This document shows, in pieces, positions 1 to 18,389 of a stretch of 64,000 nt of DNA; positions within the stretch are counted from its first letter, which is position 1; each line of letters begins with the position of its first letter. The notes beneath the pieces were generated by a model. The model was not told the DNA's origin. It saw nothing but the letters and a program-made list of their open reading frames with translations, and made no database searches. The DNA is taken from the sequence record NC_042060.1. One strand, written 5' to 3'. Both the position numbers and the translations under genes were made by a program.

Positions 1-24
1 GAGGTAATTTAATCCATATGTTAC

Positions 25-894
25 CTATACATGGATAGTTATGGACCAAATATTAACAGGACTGCATAAGACAATTGTGATTAAATCTCTATGAGTTCTT
101 TGATAATGATTGGAACACATAACTTTGATTAACTTTAATTTTTTAGTTTCTTTATTTTGAATTTCTTTGATAAGCGATTCAATAAGCTCATTAGTAATAA
201 GTGAATGTCCATCAATAAATGGTTTTATACTTACTAGCGAATCTTTGTTAAATAGAATTGCATCATCATATTCGCATGTAGCTGCGGTCTTGTATATGGA
301 TGCAACTTTATTAACTTTGTCATTAGTGACTATAGAAAAATTAAATTCACTCTTAGTTTTACTTAACGATGTTTCAAATAATTTATATTTATCAATAATA
401 GTTTTATTATCAATAAATGATTTCATCCCAATATTTAAATCTATGTCCAGTGTGTAAGAATCATGTATTAAACCAATTGATAGTTGAGTCTCATTACCAC
501 TATTGTTAAACTTAATATTATTAACTGAACATATCTGATTATTAATAAACGATAATAATAGTTTAGAAATAGTTTTAATAACATTAACTTCATAATCATT
601 ATTAGTACAAGCAAGTGCAGTTGTCATGTATCGACTAACTTGACTAACATCTAGTTTCTGATAGTTACTACCACTATCTACCCATGGGTCAATATTTAAA
701 AAAATCCTTAGACTAGCTAGAATATCAGAAGATGTTTCAGAATAAATGAAAAACACATTATTATTAAGATCATCTTTTAGCCAACCACTAGTTCTAAGAT
801 TTTCTAGATCTTTTTCATTAGATACCGATTGACTTAATTGCTGAATTAAACTAGGGTTAGCTAGGTTTAATAAACTAATCATTTTATAAACCAT
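25..894 (-). CDS. hypothetical protein (phiKZ gp033 position)
   Basis: 289-aa ORF in very AT-rich DNA; no recognisable motif; number from synteny only. Confidence 0.75.
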   Translation of the reverse strand: MVYKMISLLNLANPSLIQQLSQSVSNEKDLENLRTSGWLKDDLNNNVFFIYSETSSDILASLRIFLNIDPWVDSGSNYQKLDVSQVSRYMTTALACTNNDYEVNVIKTISKLLLSFINNQICSVNNIKFNNSGNETQLSIGLIHDSYTLDIDLNIGMKSFIDNKTIIDKYKLFETSLSKTKSEFNFSIVTNDKVNKVASIYKTAATCEYDDAILFNKDSLVSIKPFIDGHSLITNELIESLIKEIQNKETKKLKLIKVMCSNHYQRTHRDLITIVLCSPVNIWSITIHV

Positions 895-984
895 TTTATT
901 ATCCTCTAATTTATGTAATTACATGGAATAAATAACATAAGTACTTTTATGACTTATGATTTGATTCTCCAGGAGGTTTTCCCA

Positions 985-2223
985 ATGGCAACTATTAAAG
1001 AAGTCCTTGATAGAAATTTTAAGGATGTTCAATTTGATCGCGATTTATGTAAAAGAATTATTGACTTTACTATCAGTTTTATGAATAGGAATGCTGATCA
1101 CTCTGCTTTCTTTGGTGGTGTATTACTAGGTGTACAACAAGTTAAATTCTTCGATACGGATCGTGAGATTTGGTATGATGATGTTTTACGAATTGATGAA
1201 GCGCTGTTAGTCCAAGATTTTAAGTCAGTTGAATTCATTGACCCTAACCATCGTGTAATGTCAGATGTATTCAATCATCTTCCTGCCTATATTTGTTCTA
1301 GGCTTTTAAAAACAACTAATGTTCCTTTGAATATTAGACATGAAGCAATGGTTAGTTGTTTCATGGTGTTGCATTTTAAATATCTAACATCTTTACTTGT
1401 ACCACGCTTTAAATATCCTGCACGTAAAGAAGTAGCCGAAGCTGCATTCGCCGCACTCAATTATCGATTTGACATTAAGACAATTGGGTCATGGGAGAAA
1501 CTATTTAGGCAACGGGCTGAAGGTATCATTGCACCTGATTCTATTTATGCACCTTTCTTAACTGGTAAAACACAAGAACTGGATTATTGGTCTGGTCGTG
1601 TGGTATCTGATACTCAAACACGTCTACGTGAATTAATCAACAAGTACTATGATGTTTATATCAGAACACTGCAATCAGGTGGTAAATTAGTTATTTCATC
1701 GGATATGGCTGTTAATTCTGATGGTGAGCAGATTCTACGCGATAAGTCTACTGGGTATCGCTCATATCTTACTTATATCCATCAAGTTGCGCAACAAGAA
1801 CAAAATTTCATTAGACCTGAGCTAGTCGGTATTATTGAAAAGATAATGCCCACAATGCCTCCAGAAATGTTCATGGCAACGCTTAGACACCTTTCCCGTA
1901 ACATCGGTCAACCTAGAGCACAAAAGCTTGAGAAACTCGTAGATGAGTGCTTATTGTATGCTTTCGATTATATGCAATCACTCCGTACAATGGTTGCTAG
2001 AAATAATGATCTACAAACATTGCTTGTAAAAATACGAGCAAAGATAATGGCATCTAAAACAGAAAATGCTCAAGTTATTTTCATGCGTGAAGAAGGTGAG
2101 AAGTTAGTTAGGGATGCGACTAATTCTAGGGTACCTGCATATATCGCAGCAACTAGGACTGGGTTGATGTTGTATTTAATTCTACGTGCTATGACTAAGA
2201 ATTACTATACAAAAACAAAATAA
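985..2223 (+). CDS. conserved phiKZ-like virion structural protein (gp032 position)
   Basis: Long ORF; AGGAGG RBS 9 nt before ATG 985 (track start 949); lies beside the tail genes; function from synteny. Confidence 0.7.
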   Translation: MATIKEVLDRNFKDVQFDRDLCKRIIDFTISFMNRNADHSAFFGGVLLGVQQVKFFDTDREIWYDDVLRIDEALLVQDFKSVEFIDPNHRVMSDVFNHLPAYICSRLLKTTNVPLNIRHEAMVSCFMVLHFKYLTSLLVPRFKYPARKEVAEAAFAALNYRFDIKTIGSWEKLFRQRAEGIIAPDSIYAPFLTGKTQELDYWSGRVVSDTQTRLRELINKYYDVYIRTLQSGGKLVISSDMAVNSDGEQILRDKSTGYRSYLTYIHQVAQQEQNFIRPELVGIIEKIMPTMPPEMFMATLRHLSRNIGQPRAQKLEKLVDECLLYAFDYMQSLRTMVARNNDLQTLLVKIRAKIMASKTENAQVIFMREEGEKLVRDATNSRVPAYIAATRTGLMLYLILRAMTKNYYTKTK

Positions 2224-2230
2224 ACATAAT

Positions 2231-2251
2231 GCCCTCCCGCAATGGGAGGGC
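2231..2251. terminator. intrinsic terminator between convergent genes
   Basis: gccctccc-gcaat-gggagggc 8-bp stem; identical to 62175-62195. Confidence 0.8.
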
Positions 2252-2269
2252 TTATGCTGTTAAGTAACA

Positions 2270-2632
2270 TTAGCTAGATTGATCATTACATAAATTTTTC
2301 AGAGCATCGTAAATAGCCACATAAGTAAAAATAGTTAAACTATCTTTAATTTCCTTACGTGGGGTGCCACTGAATCCACCCCATGATACATTTGTATTAC
2401 TAACACATACAGTGCTAATAGCTGGCTCATGATAGCCACCATCTACTTTACGCTTTGCATAAACCTTAGCCGTAATTTCTCCACGTAACTTTTTGAAGAA
2501 AACTAGAGCACCCGGAACGACTATACGTTTATTACCAATCTTCGTAATAAATTCTTTACGATTAGTAAAGTGCTCTTTTAATAAATCATTAATAATTTTA
2601 GTTAAACTATCAATTTCATTCTTCATCGACAC
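2270..2632 (-). CDS. hypothetical protein
   Basis: 120-aa ORF overlapping the upstream gene by 10 nt. Confidence 0.75.
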   Translation of the reverse strand: MSMKNEIDSLTKIINDLLKEHFTNRKEFITKIGNKRIVVPGALVFFKKLRGEITAKVYAKRKVDGGYHEPAISTVCVSNTNVSWGGFSGTPRKEIKDSLTIFTYVAIYDALKNLCNDQSS

Positions 2633-3819
2633 GTTGTTAGTTCCTTACAAATAAACTTGATAACGTGATCACTTACAAATTTCAATGGACCAGAACAATT
2701 AGATTTCTCAATAGCGGTTTCAGTGTATGAAATTATTTGATTTCCACTTAAGGATAATGAATCAAATAATTCATAAGAGTTATTATTTTTATTCTTAAAG
2801 GATACTGCATATTGACTATTTTCACTATTGATGCAAAATAGGTTAATAGCTGGGATAGATACAGAGTTATCTGAAGTATGGCTATTTTCCGTAATATTCC
2901 AATTACTGTATACAGTGAAAATATTTGCAGCTAGTAAAAGGTTGGCATTAACCGTTTCTAAACTAACATACTCCACAGAAGTACCTTTATGCCAATATAG
3001 TTCAATTGGATTAACCCAAGTATACCCAATGGTTTTATAGAAGGCATGCATTACATATTCTCGCCAACGTGTGGGTTTCTTATTATCAGTTAAAACACAC
3101 GTAATATTGCCTGACGGATAAATGTGGTGGATGCTACATGCATTAATTTCATCTCTAACATTAGTTGTTTCAGTAATATTAGAATGATCCTGTTTGAATA
3201 GCCATTTTAAATGACTATTAGTTGTGTCATCACCTTCCCCATTTGCAATGTCATTTTCTAACCACTTTTCAAATGTAGCTTGTCTATCAGGTGTTGGCAT
3301 TCCCCAATAGGTAGCTAAAATGAAACGATAATAGTATCGAATAATATCATCATCGTTAAGAATATTTTTATCCAGTTTCCAGTGATGTTGATACTCGTAT
3401 ACTTCGCTTGGAATATTATTTACTTGATACCATGTATTAATTAATACTTGAATTGTTAATTGCCGAATACTCTCACTTGTTAGAGTGTAATATTCCCTGC
3501 TATGCGGCTCTTCAATTGTCACTTCTTGATCAGTATAACCAATGTATTTAGGTTTACCATCGATGAGTGCAAAATTAACATTCCATGATGTATCATTACT
3601 AAAAGTGATATTAATAAAACCTTGTTCAAAGCTAGGCTTCACTACGAAACTGACATCATCCTTCTGATATGTCATTTGCGTTAGAATACCAAAATTAATT
3701 TTAGATGTAAATTCTTTATCGAAGTTATGTTTATAAAGTAATCCTAGTAAACAATCAATTTTATTAATAGTGTGGTTTTCTAATAATAAATCAGTATTTG
3801 TAAGTTCATTAATTTTCAT
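2623..3819 (-). CDS. hypothetical protein (gp031 position)
   Basis: 398-aa ORF with GAGG RBS, downstream of an early-promoter motif. Confidence 0.8.
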   Translation of the reverse strand: MKINELTNTDLLLENHTINKIDCLLGLLYKHNFDKEFTSKINFGILTQMTYQKDDVSFVVKPSFEQGFINITFSNDTSWNVNFALIDGKPKYIGYTDQEVTIEEPHSREYYTLTSESIRQLTIQVLINTWYQVNNIPSEVYEYQHHWKLDKNILNDDDIIRYYYRFILATYWGMPTPDRQATFEKWLENDIANGEGDDTTNSHLKWLFKQDHSNITETTNVRDEINACSIHHIYPSGNITCVLTDNKKPTRWREYVMHAFYKTIGYTWVNPIELYWHKGTSVEYVSLETVNANLLLAANIFTVYSNWNITENSHTSDNSVSIPAINLFCINSENSQYAVSFKNKNNNSYELFDSLSLSGNQIISYTETAIEKSNCSGPLKFVSDHVIKFICKELTTCR

Positions 3820-3872
3820 TTTAACCTCTCTAAAATTTACAATCTAGTTTTACTTATTGAATAAGCAAACAT

Positions 3873-3890
3873 GTAATATATATCTTAATT
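3873..3890 (-). promoter_or_regulatory. early-type promoter motif (TATATTAC core)
   Basis: Minus strand AATTAAGATATATATTAC upstream of 3819; same core as other copies. Confidence 0.55.
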
Positions 3891-3920
3891 ATTTTTTAGC
3901 ATAGTTTTTAACAACATAAA

Positions 3921-3938
3921 GCCTCCCCGAAGGGAGGC
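3921..3938 (-). terminator. intrinsic terminator
   Basis: Minus strand gcctccc-UUCG-gggaggc then TTTATGTTG. Confidence 0.8.
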
Positions 3939-3946
3939 GATATGCT

Positions 3947-4128
3947 TTAGCTTTTTTGGTTAGTACCGACAGTCTGCTCATTCTTTTCAGTTTGAGCATT
4001 TCGCCGAAGTTGACTAACCAGACCATTGTCAGCCGCAACTACATCGGGAGAAAAGAATGCATTGATATCAAAGTTCTGATCTTGGTTGCGAGTCTTCCCA
4101 GGTGGGACCATCGGATATACTTTTGCCA

Positions 4129-4129
<1 letters not shown>
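3947..4129 (-). CDS. small hypothetical protein in the tail operon
   Basis: 60-aa ORF, TAATG overlap with the tail tube stop, ends just before a terminator. Confidence 0.6.
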
Positions 4130-5013
<884 letters not shown>

Positions 5014-5041
5014 ACTTTTCCTCATTCTGAAAGCCACCCAC

Positions 5042-7132
<2,091 letters not shown>

Positions 7133-7256
7133 TTAATTCTCCCAAGTTGGAGCTTTGAACTCGATGTTATGAGTGTTAACTAACAGTCAATCATAGATAT
7201 TAATCATAGTTGACCATACTAGTTATTTTTTACTATCCATTTAAGGAGTAGCGGTA

Positions 7257-12587
<5,331 letters not shown>

Positions 12588-12588
12588 A

Positions 12589-12625
12589 TATAAAGCCCCC
12601 TAGGTGGTTCCTAGGGGGCTTTATA
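12589..12625. terminator. intrinsic terminator
   Basis: Perfect 16-bp stem tataaagccccctagg / cctagggggctttata with 5-nt loop. Confidence 0.85.
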
Positions 12626-12726
12626 ACGTCTTTTAACACATTATCCATATGAGACTATACTTTACAATTGCCGTTCAATACGGCTTTATTATGGCACATT
12701 AAAATAAGTACCTTAAAGGGCAGTGT

Positions 12727-14880
12727 ATGGACGTTATACTTTTCAATAGTGATTGGGATAAATACTACAGCGCTAGTGTTGATCTTACTACTAAAAATAA
12801 ATCTTTTATAAAGTTAGCATTGACTTATAAAAAGATGGGTATTAAAAATTACAAATTTATACTAGCTATATTGGACCAAGGTTTAATTGGGGTGGATCCA
12901 TATGACCCTAATCTTAGCGAAGAAATGAAGTTTCGTATTAACATGGAATGCAAATATAATCCTTGGTATTTTTTTAGGGAAGTGGCAAGAATCCCCCCTA
13001 ACTCGGGTAATAATCCAATTCCATTCCAAGCTAACCGTGGTAATATTGCTTTATTCTGGTGTTATTTCAATCACGTAGATTTTGGTTTATTACAGCCTCG
13101 TCAGACAGGTAAGTCCGTATCAACTGACGTGCTCAATACAGGCATGATGTATATCTGGGGTGAGAACACTAAGATTAACCTTATTACTAAAGATAACAAA
13201 CTACGTAATGCTAACATCGAGCGTCTAAAAGTAATGCGTGATTTGTTACCAGAGTATATCCACTATACTGATCCATTAGATGCGGATAACTCCGAATTGA
13301 TGACATGTATTAGATTAGGTAATAGGTATCTAACAGCTGTTGGTCGAAATGATGTTAACGCAGCTGATAAATTAGGTCGTGGTCTTACTGTACCAAATAT
13401 GCACTTTGACGAACTTGCATATATTAACTTAATTGGTGTTTCACTACCTGTTGCACTTGCGTCAGGTTCAGCAGCTCGTGATGAAGCTCGCCGTGAGAAC
13501 CAGCCTTATGGTAACATCTATACAACTACAGCTGGTAACATCACTACCCGTGATGGTGAATTTGCATATCACTTCTTAACAGGTGGCTGCCCATGGTCAG
13601 AGGAATTCTTTGATCTACCAGATCAGAAAACTCTACATCGTGTTGTAGAAAAAGGCACTACTGGAAAGAAACCTCTAGTTTATGGTGCATTTAACCACCG
13701 TCAATTAGGACGTACCGATGAGTGGTTATATAACACACTTCGTGAATCAGGTTCATTCGGTGAAATTGCCGATAGGGACTTCTTCAATATCTGGACAGTT
13801 GGTGGTGAAGGTTCACCCTTATCATCAGATGAGAAAGATAAACTTAAAAACAATATGCGTGAGCCAAGCTGGACAGAAATCACGGATGATGGTTACACAC
13901 TTCGTTGGTATATACCAAAAGAAGAAGTAGCCTCACGGATGATGAAGGGTAGGTTCGTTATGGGTACCGACCCATCTGAACTTCTTGGTGAAGATAATGA
14001 CGCCACCGGCACAGTTGTAGTTGATGTAGAAACACATGAGGTTATGTGTGTTGGTAGATACAATGAATCATCAGTGCCATCAATGGGTAATTTCTTTGCA
14101 ACAATGCTATTGAGATATCCTAATATTCTTTGGATACCAGAACGTAAATCAATAGGTATATCGTTAATTGACCATGTTATCTTGATTCTACATACTAAAG
14201 GAGTAGATCCATTCCGGCGTATCTTTAACAGAATTGTCAATGAATCATCAGAAAGAGAAAATGATTTCAGAGACATTCAAACTCCGTTATCAGCAAGACA
14301 ACCATCGTTCTATGATAGGTTTAAACGTTATTTTGGCTATGCAACGTCAGGTACTGGCGAGTATTCTCGTGATAATCTATTTAAGGTGGCATTACCATCA
14401 GCAATGCATTATGGGGTAAGGACCATCTATGATAAACCACTTAGCACGGAGTTATTAGCACTTACTATCCGTAATGGTAGAATTGACCATGCTAAGGGGA
14501 ACCATGATGACTTAGTGGTATCATTATTATTAGCCCATTGGTTATTAATACAAGGTAAGAATTTATCTTATTATGGTATCAATGTTCCCATCTTAGGTAA
14601 ATCAAAATTACGTGATAAAGAACCAAGTCAACTTGAAAAATATCATGAAGAGAAAGAACAGCAAGGTCGCAAAGAATTTGAAGAGATAATTGAGCAGCTT
14701 CGCGGTGAAAAGAACCCGATGATTGCAGCTAAATTAGAAATGCGTTTGAAACAATTGTCTAAACGTGTTAATATTGATGATAGCAGTGGTGTAGGTATTG
14801 ATGCCATGTTAAATCAAGCTCGTGCAGAGCGTACACGTAGAGTGCGTATTAACAGATATTCTAGAAATAGTTGGTATTAA
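12727..14880 (+). CDS. terL: terminase large subunit (phiKZ gp025-like)
   Basis: Walker A QPRQTGKS, Walker B HFDE, RNase H-like nuclease acidic motifs MGTDPSE and HDDLVVS. Confidence 0.92.
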   Translation: MDVILFNSDWDKYYSASVDLTTKNKSFIKLALTYKKMGIKNYKFILAILDQGLIGVDPYDPNLSEEMKFRINMECKYNPWYFFREVARIPPNSGNNPIPFQANRGNIALFWCYFNHVDFGLLQPRQTGKSVSTDVLNTGMMYIWGENTKINLITKDNKLRNANIERLKVMRDLLPEYIHYTDPLDADNSELMTCIRLGNRYLTAVGRNDVNAADKLGRGLTVPNMHFDELAYINLIGVSLPVALASGSAARDEARRENQPYGNIYTTTAGNITTRDGEFAYHFLTGGCPWSEEFFDLPDQKTLHRVVEKGTTGKKPLVYGAFNHRQLGRTDEWLYNTLRESGSFGEIADRDFFNIWTVGGEGSPLSSDEKDKLKNNMREPSWTEITDDGYTLRWYIPKEEVASRMMKGRFVMGTDPSELLGEDNDATGTVVVDVETHEVMCVGRYNESSVPSMGNFFATMLLRYPNILWIPERKSIGISLIDHVILILHTKGVDPFRRIFNRIVNESSERENDFRDIQTPLSARQPSFYDRFKRYFGYATSGTGEYSRDNLFKVALPSAMHYGVRTIYDKPLSTELLALTIRNGRIDHAKGNHDDLVVSLLLAHWLLIQGKNLSYYGINVPILGKSKLRDKEPSQLEKYHEEKEQQGRKEFEEIIEQLRGEKNPMIAAKLEMRLKQLSKRVNIDDSSGVGIDAMLNQARAERTRRVRINRYSRNSWY

Positions 14881-14901
14881 ACAAAAAAAATAATAATACG
14901 T

Positions 14902-14926
14902 TACCCTCTTCGCAATGAAGAGGGTA
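14902..14926. terminator. intrinsic terminator between convergent genes
   Basis: taccctcttc-gcaat-gaagagggta 10-bp stem. Confidence 0.8.
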
Positions 14927-14933
14927 TTTGAAG

Positions 14934-15200
14934 TTAAGCAACTCTAGCGAACAAAAGATTACTGGAGTTAGAATTAATATGATAGTTAGACGATCCGTCA
15001 ATCCATTTAGCATCAGAAATCTTGTTTACAAGCTGACCATCGCCAATGTAACCTAGGAAAGTTTTATTATCATATACAGCAATTTTGATTAGCTCATTTC
15101 GTCCGTAGACTAGTGGCTTACCATTGAATGCTGTTACTTCTAAACCAGCCATGTATCCATAAATTGGATCAGGTCTGGAACTTGTTTCAAAGACTTTCAT
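14934..15200 (-). CDS. hypothetical protein
   Basis: 88 aa from ATG 15200 with GAGGAG RBS (track start 15218). Confidence 0.7.
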   Translation of the reverse strand: MKVFETSSRPDPIYGYMAGLEVTAFNGKPLVYGRNELIKIAVYDNKTFLGYIGDGQLVNKISDAKWIDGSSNYHINSNSSNLLFARVA

Positions 15201-15265
15201 TCGAAGTCTCCTCTGCAAGAAAGCCCATTTTGGGCGAAAATGTCAAGCTTAAACTTGACGACATA

Positions 15266-15293
15266 TAGCCCTCCTGGTGCAACAGGAGGGCTA
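15266..15293. terminator. intrinsic terminator-like hairpin
   Basis: tagccctcctg-gtgcaa-caggagggcta 11-bp stem. Confidence 0.75.
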
Positions 15294-15478
15294 ATCTTTT
15301 TCAGAACTTACGGTATTGTTATAATACTGCTAGCGAAAATGCCCACGAGGGGTAAGTAGCTAATCCGCAGTTCTCTTGGATGACACCTACTGACAGTGTA
15401 GTCGCGAATGCACTGTTTGGAACCCCATTGGTTTAGCGGCCAATGGGGAATTCCTTTTATGTTGTCTCGACCTTCTTT

Positions 15479-15895
15479 TTAGTAGGCTTTTTTGTACTTC
15501 CATTTGTACAGTTGGTGCAGGATGAAACTCGGAACACCTAAAGCCAGTACACCTGCAATGGCCGTACCGACGATCTCTTGGGGTGTGATTGCATTGAACT
15601 CGGTGCCGAAAACAACCCGAGTAATGATAATGACAATCAAACCGATCAGAGTGGTGATCCAGAGGTGCGGGTGCAAGGAACGGCTCAGGCGAAGACCTGG
15701 AGCAGAAACACGTTCCATCCGAGTTGACCAGGTGTGGTTACGGTAGTACATCATGTCAGTGAAGTAATCACTGTAGATGTGCAACAGTTCCCCGCGTTGG
15801 TCACCAGTACCATGAGCCAAGCCATGGTAATAGTAAATCCCACCATCCTCTTTGTGGGTGTAAAGTTCAGCATCCTTTTTATGTTGCATCGCCAT
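15479..15895 (-). CDS. DUF1653-like N-terminal domain plus two C-terminal TM helices
   Basis: YTHKEDGGIYYYHGLAHGT...HIYSD resembles the YRHYKGG.Y SH3-like motif; two hydrophobic segments. Confidence 0.6.
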   Translation of the reverse strand: MAMQHKKDAELYTHKEDGGIYYYHGLAHGTGDQRGELLHIYSDYFTDMMYYRNHTWSTRMERVSAPGLRLSRSLHPHLWITTLIGLIVIIITRVVFGTEFNAITPQEIVGTAIAGVLALGVPSFILHQLYKWKYKKAY

Positions 15896-15898
15896 TAT

Positions 15899-16462
15899 TC
15901 ATCCCACCCTTTTACTTCGTACCGGAGTCAGTTGTTTGAGAGCATTGATGATACGGTGAACAGTATCACGTGCCAGTTCTCGGGTATGGAAGTTATTGGA
16001 TATTTGGTAACGCAGTTCGACTTCTCCATTTTCAGAGTTCCGGTCGAAATCTTTTACGATGTATTCGCTATCCAGAATAGCTTCCACCATTTCTTTGTTA
16101 AGTTCGAACTCAGCGATAGTCGGTGAAACCAAACGACCCTGAAGATTTCTGATTACTTCGTTGCGGAATGCAATGGCGCCTTCTGCAATCTCCAGTCGCT
16201 CTTCTGCGGAGATGAACGGGTTCTTCCAGAGTTCGGTTTCCATGGTAGGTCGAACAGAGGCTTTCTCCCATGCAATGCACCAGTAGAACCAACGTTCTTG
16301 AATTTCTTCGTTGGCTTTATCGAATGCTGTTATCGCGTTTTTATTACGGTGACAATCCAGAGGACGAGTAGCCTTCGGAAGCCAGGTGTCAGTCTTCTCA
16401 CAGTAAACGAAACGATCAACACCAGGGGTCACTGCTTGGAATTCCTTCAATTTTTTGTCCAT
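15899..16462 (-). CDS. hypothetical protein
   Basis: 187-aa ORF, GAGG RBS, tightly packed. Confidence 0.8.
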   Translation of the reverse strand: MDKKLKEFQAVTPGVDRFVYCEKTDTWLPKATRPLDCHRNKNAITAFDKANEEIQERWFYWCIAWEKASVRPTMETELWKNPFISAEERLEIAEGAIAFRNEVIRNLQGRLVSPTIAEFELNKEMVEAILDSEYIVKDFDRNSENGEVELRYQISNNFHTRELARDTVHRIINALKQLTPVRSKRVG

Positions 16463-16469
16463 GATGACC

Positions 16470-16805
16470 TCAGATATTTACCATGTTCATAAATTCGGTG
16501 TAGTTGTAGCCGGTATTCATATCGAGGTAGTCTTGTTCGACCATGTCGTCATTCAGGTACTTGACGTAAGCCTCGGCGTGAGCAGTGGCTACCGACTTGG
16601 TGAAGAAGTAACGAGCGTGTTGACGGTTCTGTTCGAACCGACGCAGATTAGTAGTGGCCTGACCGCCGAAACCATTGACCTCCATTACCCCGTAAACAGT
16701 ACGATCATCCAGAGTAGTGATCTGTGCAATCACTACACGAGAAGCATTTTCCGAATGGTCGATGAACGTCATACTGTAAATCTCGATTTCTTTGAAGTCT
16801 TCCAT
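16470..16805 (-). CDS. hypothetical protein
   Basis: 111-aa ORF, AGGA RBS. Confidence 0.8.
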   Translation of the reverse strand: MEDFKEIEIYSMTFIDHSENASRVVIAQITTLDDRTVYGVMEVNGFGGQATTNLRRFEQNRQHARYFFTKSVATAHAEAYVKYLNDDMVEQDYLDMNTGYNYTEFMNMVNI

Positions 16806-16951
16806 TAGAATTTCCTGTTAAGAAATGAATAGACAACCCCTACCCGAAGGGAGGGGCCTTATATCGTTACTTGCTGTGAAGATTTTTCTCGCGTACAGCG
16901 TCTGTTAACTGACGTGGCGGGTTGAGTTGATCTGACAGGAGCTTCCGGAGG

Positions 16952-17209
16952 TTATCCAGACCGATTACTTTCTTCTTGGATATTGAGATTATTCTCTTTA
17001 AGTAATTTGTTGAGGTGGTATTTAACCTCCACCCATTCTAACCTACCCACGTCAATCCACTTCCGATAACCAGGAGCAGCAGGTTTGAGGACCTGGGTTT
17101 TCCAGCGCTGAAATCGGAAGTTGCCGACACGGATATCGGTGCTCTCAACAAAGCGAGGTGGGAGTATACCGAGGTCAGTCAGTATCCCTCGTAGCTTGTC
17201 AGAGTTCAT
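16952..17209 (-). CDS. hypothetical protein
   Basis: 85-aa ORF coupled to the upstream stop. Confidence 0.7.
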   Translation of the reverse strand: MNSDKLRGILTDLGILPPRFVESTDIRVGNFRFQRWKTQVLKPAAPGYRKWIDVGRLEWVEVKYHLNKLLKENNLNIQEESNRSG

Positions 17210-17349
17210 CAGTAAGAACGCCTTGAGTTTCGAACACCGAAATGATCGATCATTCGTTGGAACAACTTGCCAAACGAGAACTTTTCATACTCGCAGTCGA
17301 TATGGAGGACATCAACGGTGTCCACCGGTGGATTATAACTACTGCTCAT
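17209..17349 (-). CDS. small hypothetical protein
   Basis: 46 aa from ATG 17349, overlapping the upstream stop (track start 17424 is deep in the neighbour). Confidence 0.55.
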   Translation of the reverse strand: MSSSYNPPVDTVDVLHIDCEYEKFSFGKLFQRMIDHFGVRNSRRSY

Positions 17350-17677
17350 TGGCCATCTCCTTACGTTTGTTTTTGGCCCAGTTCTTTTCATAATCGGAAC
17401 GGATGAACTTAGCGCCGGCGGCATTTAGCCAGTAACGCTCCCCTTTGAAATAACGTTCTCGTTTAGCACGGGTCAAGCGAAGAGGATCGAACATATCTTG
17501 TTCCTGACACATGAATCGATTACGCAAGAAGCAGTTATCATTCAGGATTCGAACCGAGTACAGTTGACCAAGCCGGCAGTTAGCCAACTCAGCTTTCTCG
17601 GTACGTAGCCGAGTTTCGTATTTCTTTGCATCTTCGTGATGATTGCGAGGATGTTTCTTTCCAAGTTTCCTAGACAT
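17339..17677 (-). CDS. basic hypothetical protein
   Basis: 112-aa Lys/Arg-rich ORF. Confidence 0.75.
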   Translation of the reverse strand: MSRKLGKKHPRNHHEDAKKYETRLRTEKAELANCRLGQLYSVRILNDNCFLRNRFMCQEQDMFDPLRLTRAKRERYFKGERYWLNAAGAKFIRSDYEKNWAKNKRKEMANEQ

Positions 17678-17688
17678 TATGTTTTTTC

Positions 17689-17994
17689 CTATTCTGTTGT
17701 TTTACGAAAAATCTTATCATGGAACGTCATTGCCAACACGACGCCTATCGAACCACCTAGACCGCTGGATATGATAGCAGGAAGACCCACTATTACAAAT
17801 AGTCCAATGGTGGTCAACTCAAGGGTACTGATACCCCATGAGGTGAAGAAAGCAGCTTTTTTGTACCCATGAAAGATGTTTCTTTGTTGAAAGGTTTTTA
17901 CAAAGGCATAGATGAATGATGTAGCTGTACTTAACAGTAGTAATATCCAGATAGGTAGATCATGATTAATGTTAATCACTTCTCTTGTTCCCAC
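17689..17994 (-). CDS. small multi-pass membrane protein (UPF0316-like topology)
   Basis: Three hydrophobic segments and GLGGSIGVVLAM; family link is weak. Confidence 0.65.
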   Translation of the reverse strand: MGTREVININHDLPIWILLLLSTATSFIYAFVKTFQQRNIFHGYKKAAFFTSWGISTLELTTIGLFVIVGLPAIISSGLGGSIGVVLAMTFHDKIFRKTTE

Positions 17995-18044
17995 ACGGTG
18001 GGCTCACATTTAGTATGTTGGACATTATGAATATCTTCCAGTTG

Positions 18045-18332
18045 TTAGATATTGTGTTCCTTCGTATCGATGGCCGCCAGCGCCACGATTTCGACATGAT
18101 AAGGATGATCCACATTATGGCTGATACATGCCTCGCATTTGAAGATACGCCACATTCCATACGAAGGTAGTTCACGGTTTTTCAAATAAGCATAATCGTG
18201 AGCGGCCGCAAGATATTTTTGTTGGATGGAAAACTCACAAGTAATGTAACCTTTCTCACGAATGAATTCATTGGTCATCTGATCGAAGATCTGTTTGAGT
18301 TCATCAGTAAGGGCGACTTGAGTTTCGAACAT
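18045..18332 (-). CDS. hypothetical protein
   Basis: 95-aa ORF, AAGGA RBS; contains CEAC and HxxxH. Confidence 0.75.
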   Translation of the reverse strand: MFETQVALTDELKQIFDQMTNEFIREKGYITCEFSIQQKYLAAAHDYAYLKNRELPSYGMWRIFKCEACISHNVDHPYHVEIVALAAIDTKEHNI

Positions 18333-18389
18333 TGAAAGTTTCCTTTTGATATATTAAATAGTTTTGATTATTTCGGAGTTATTGAATAT

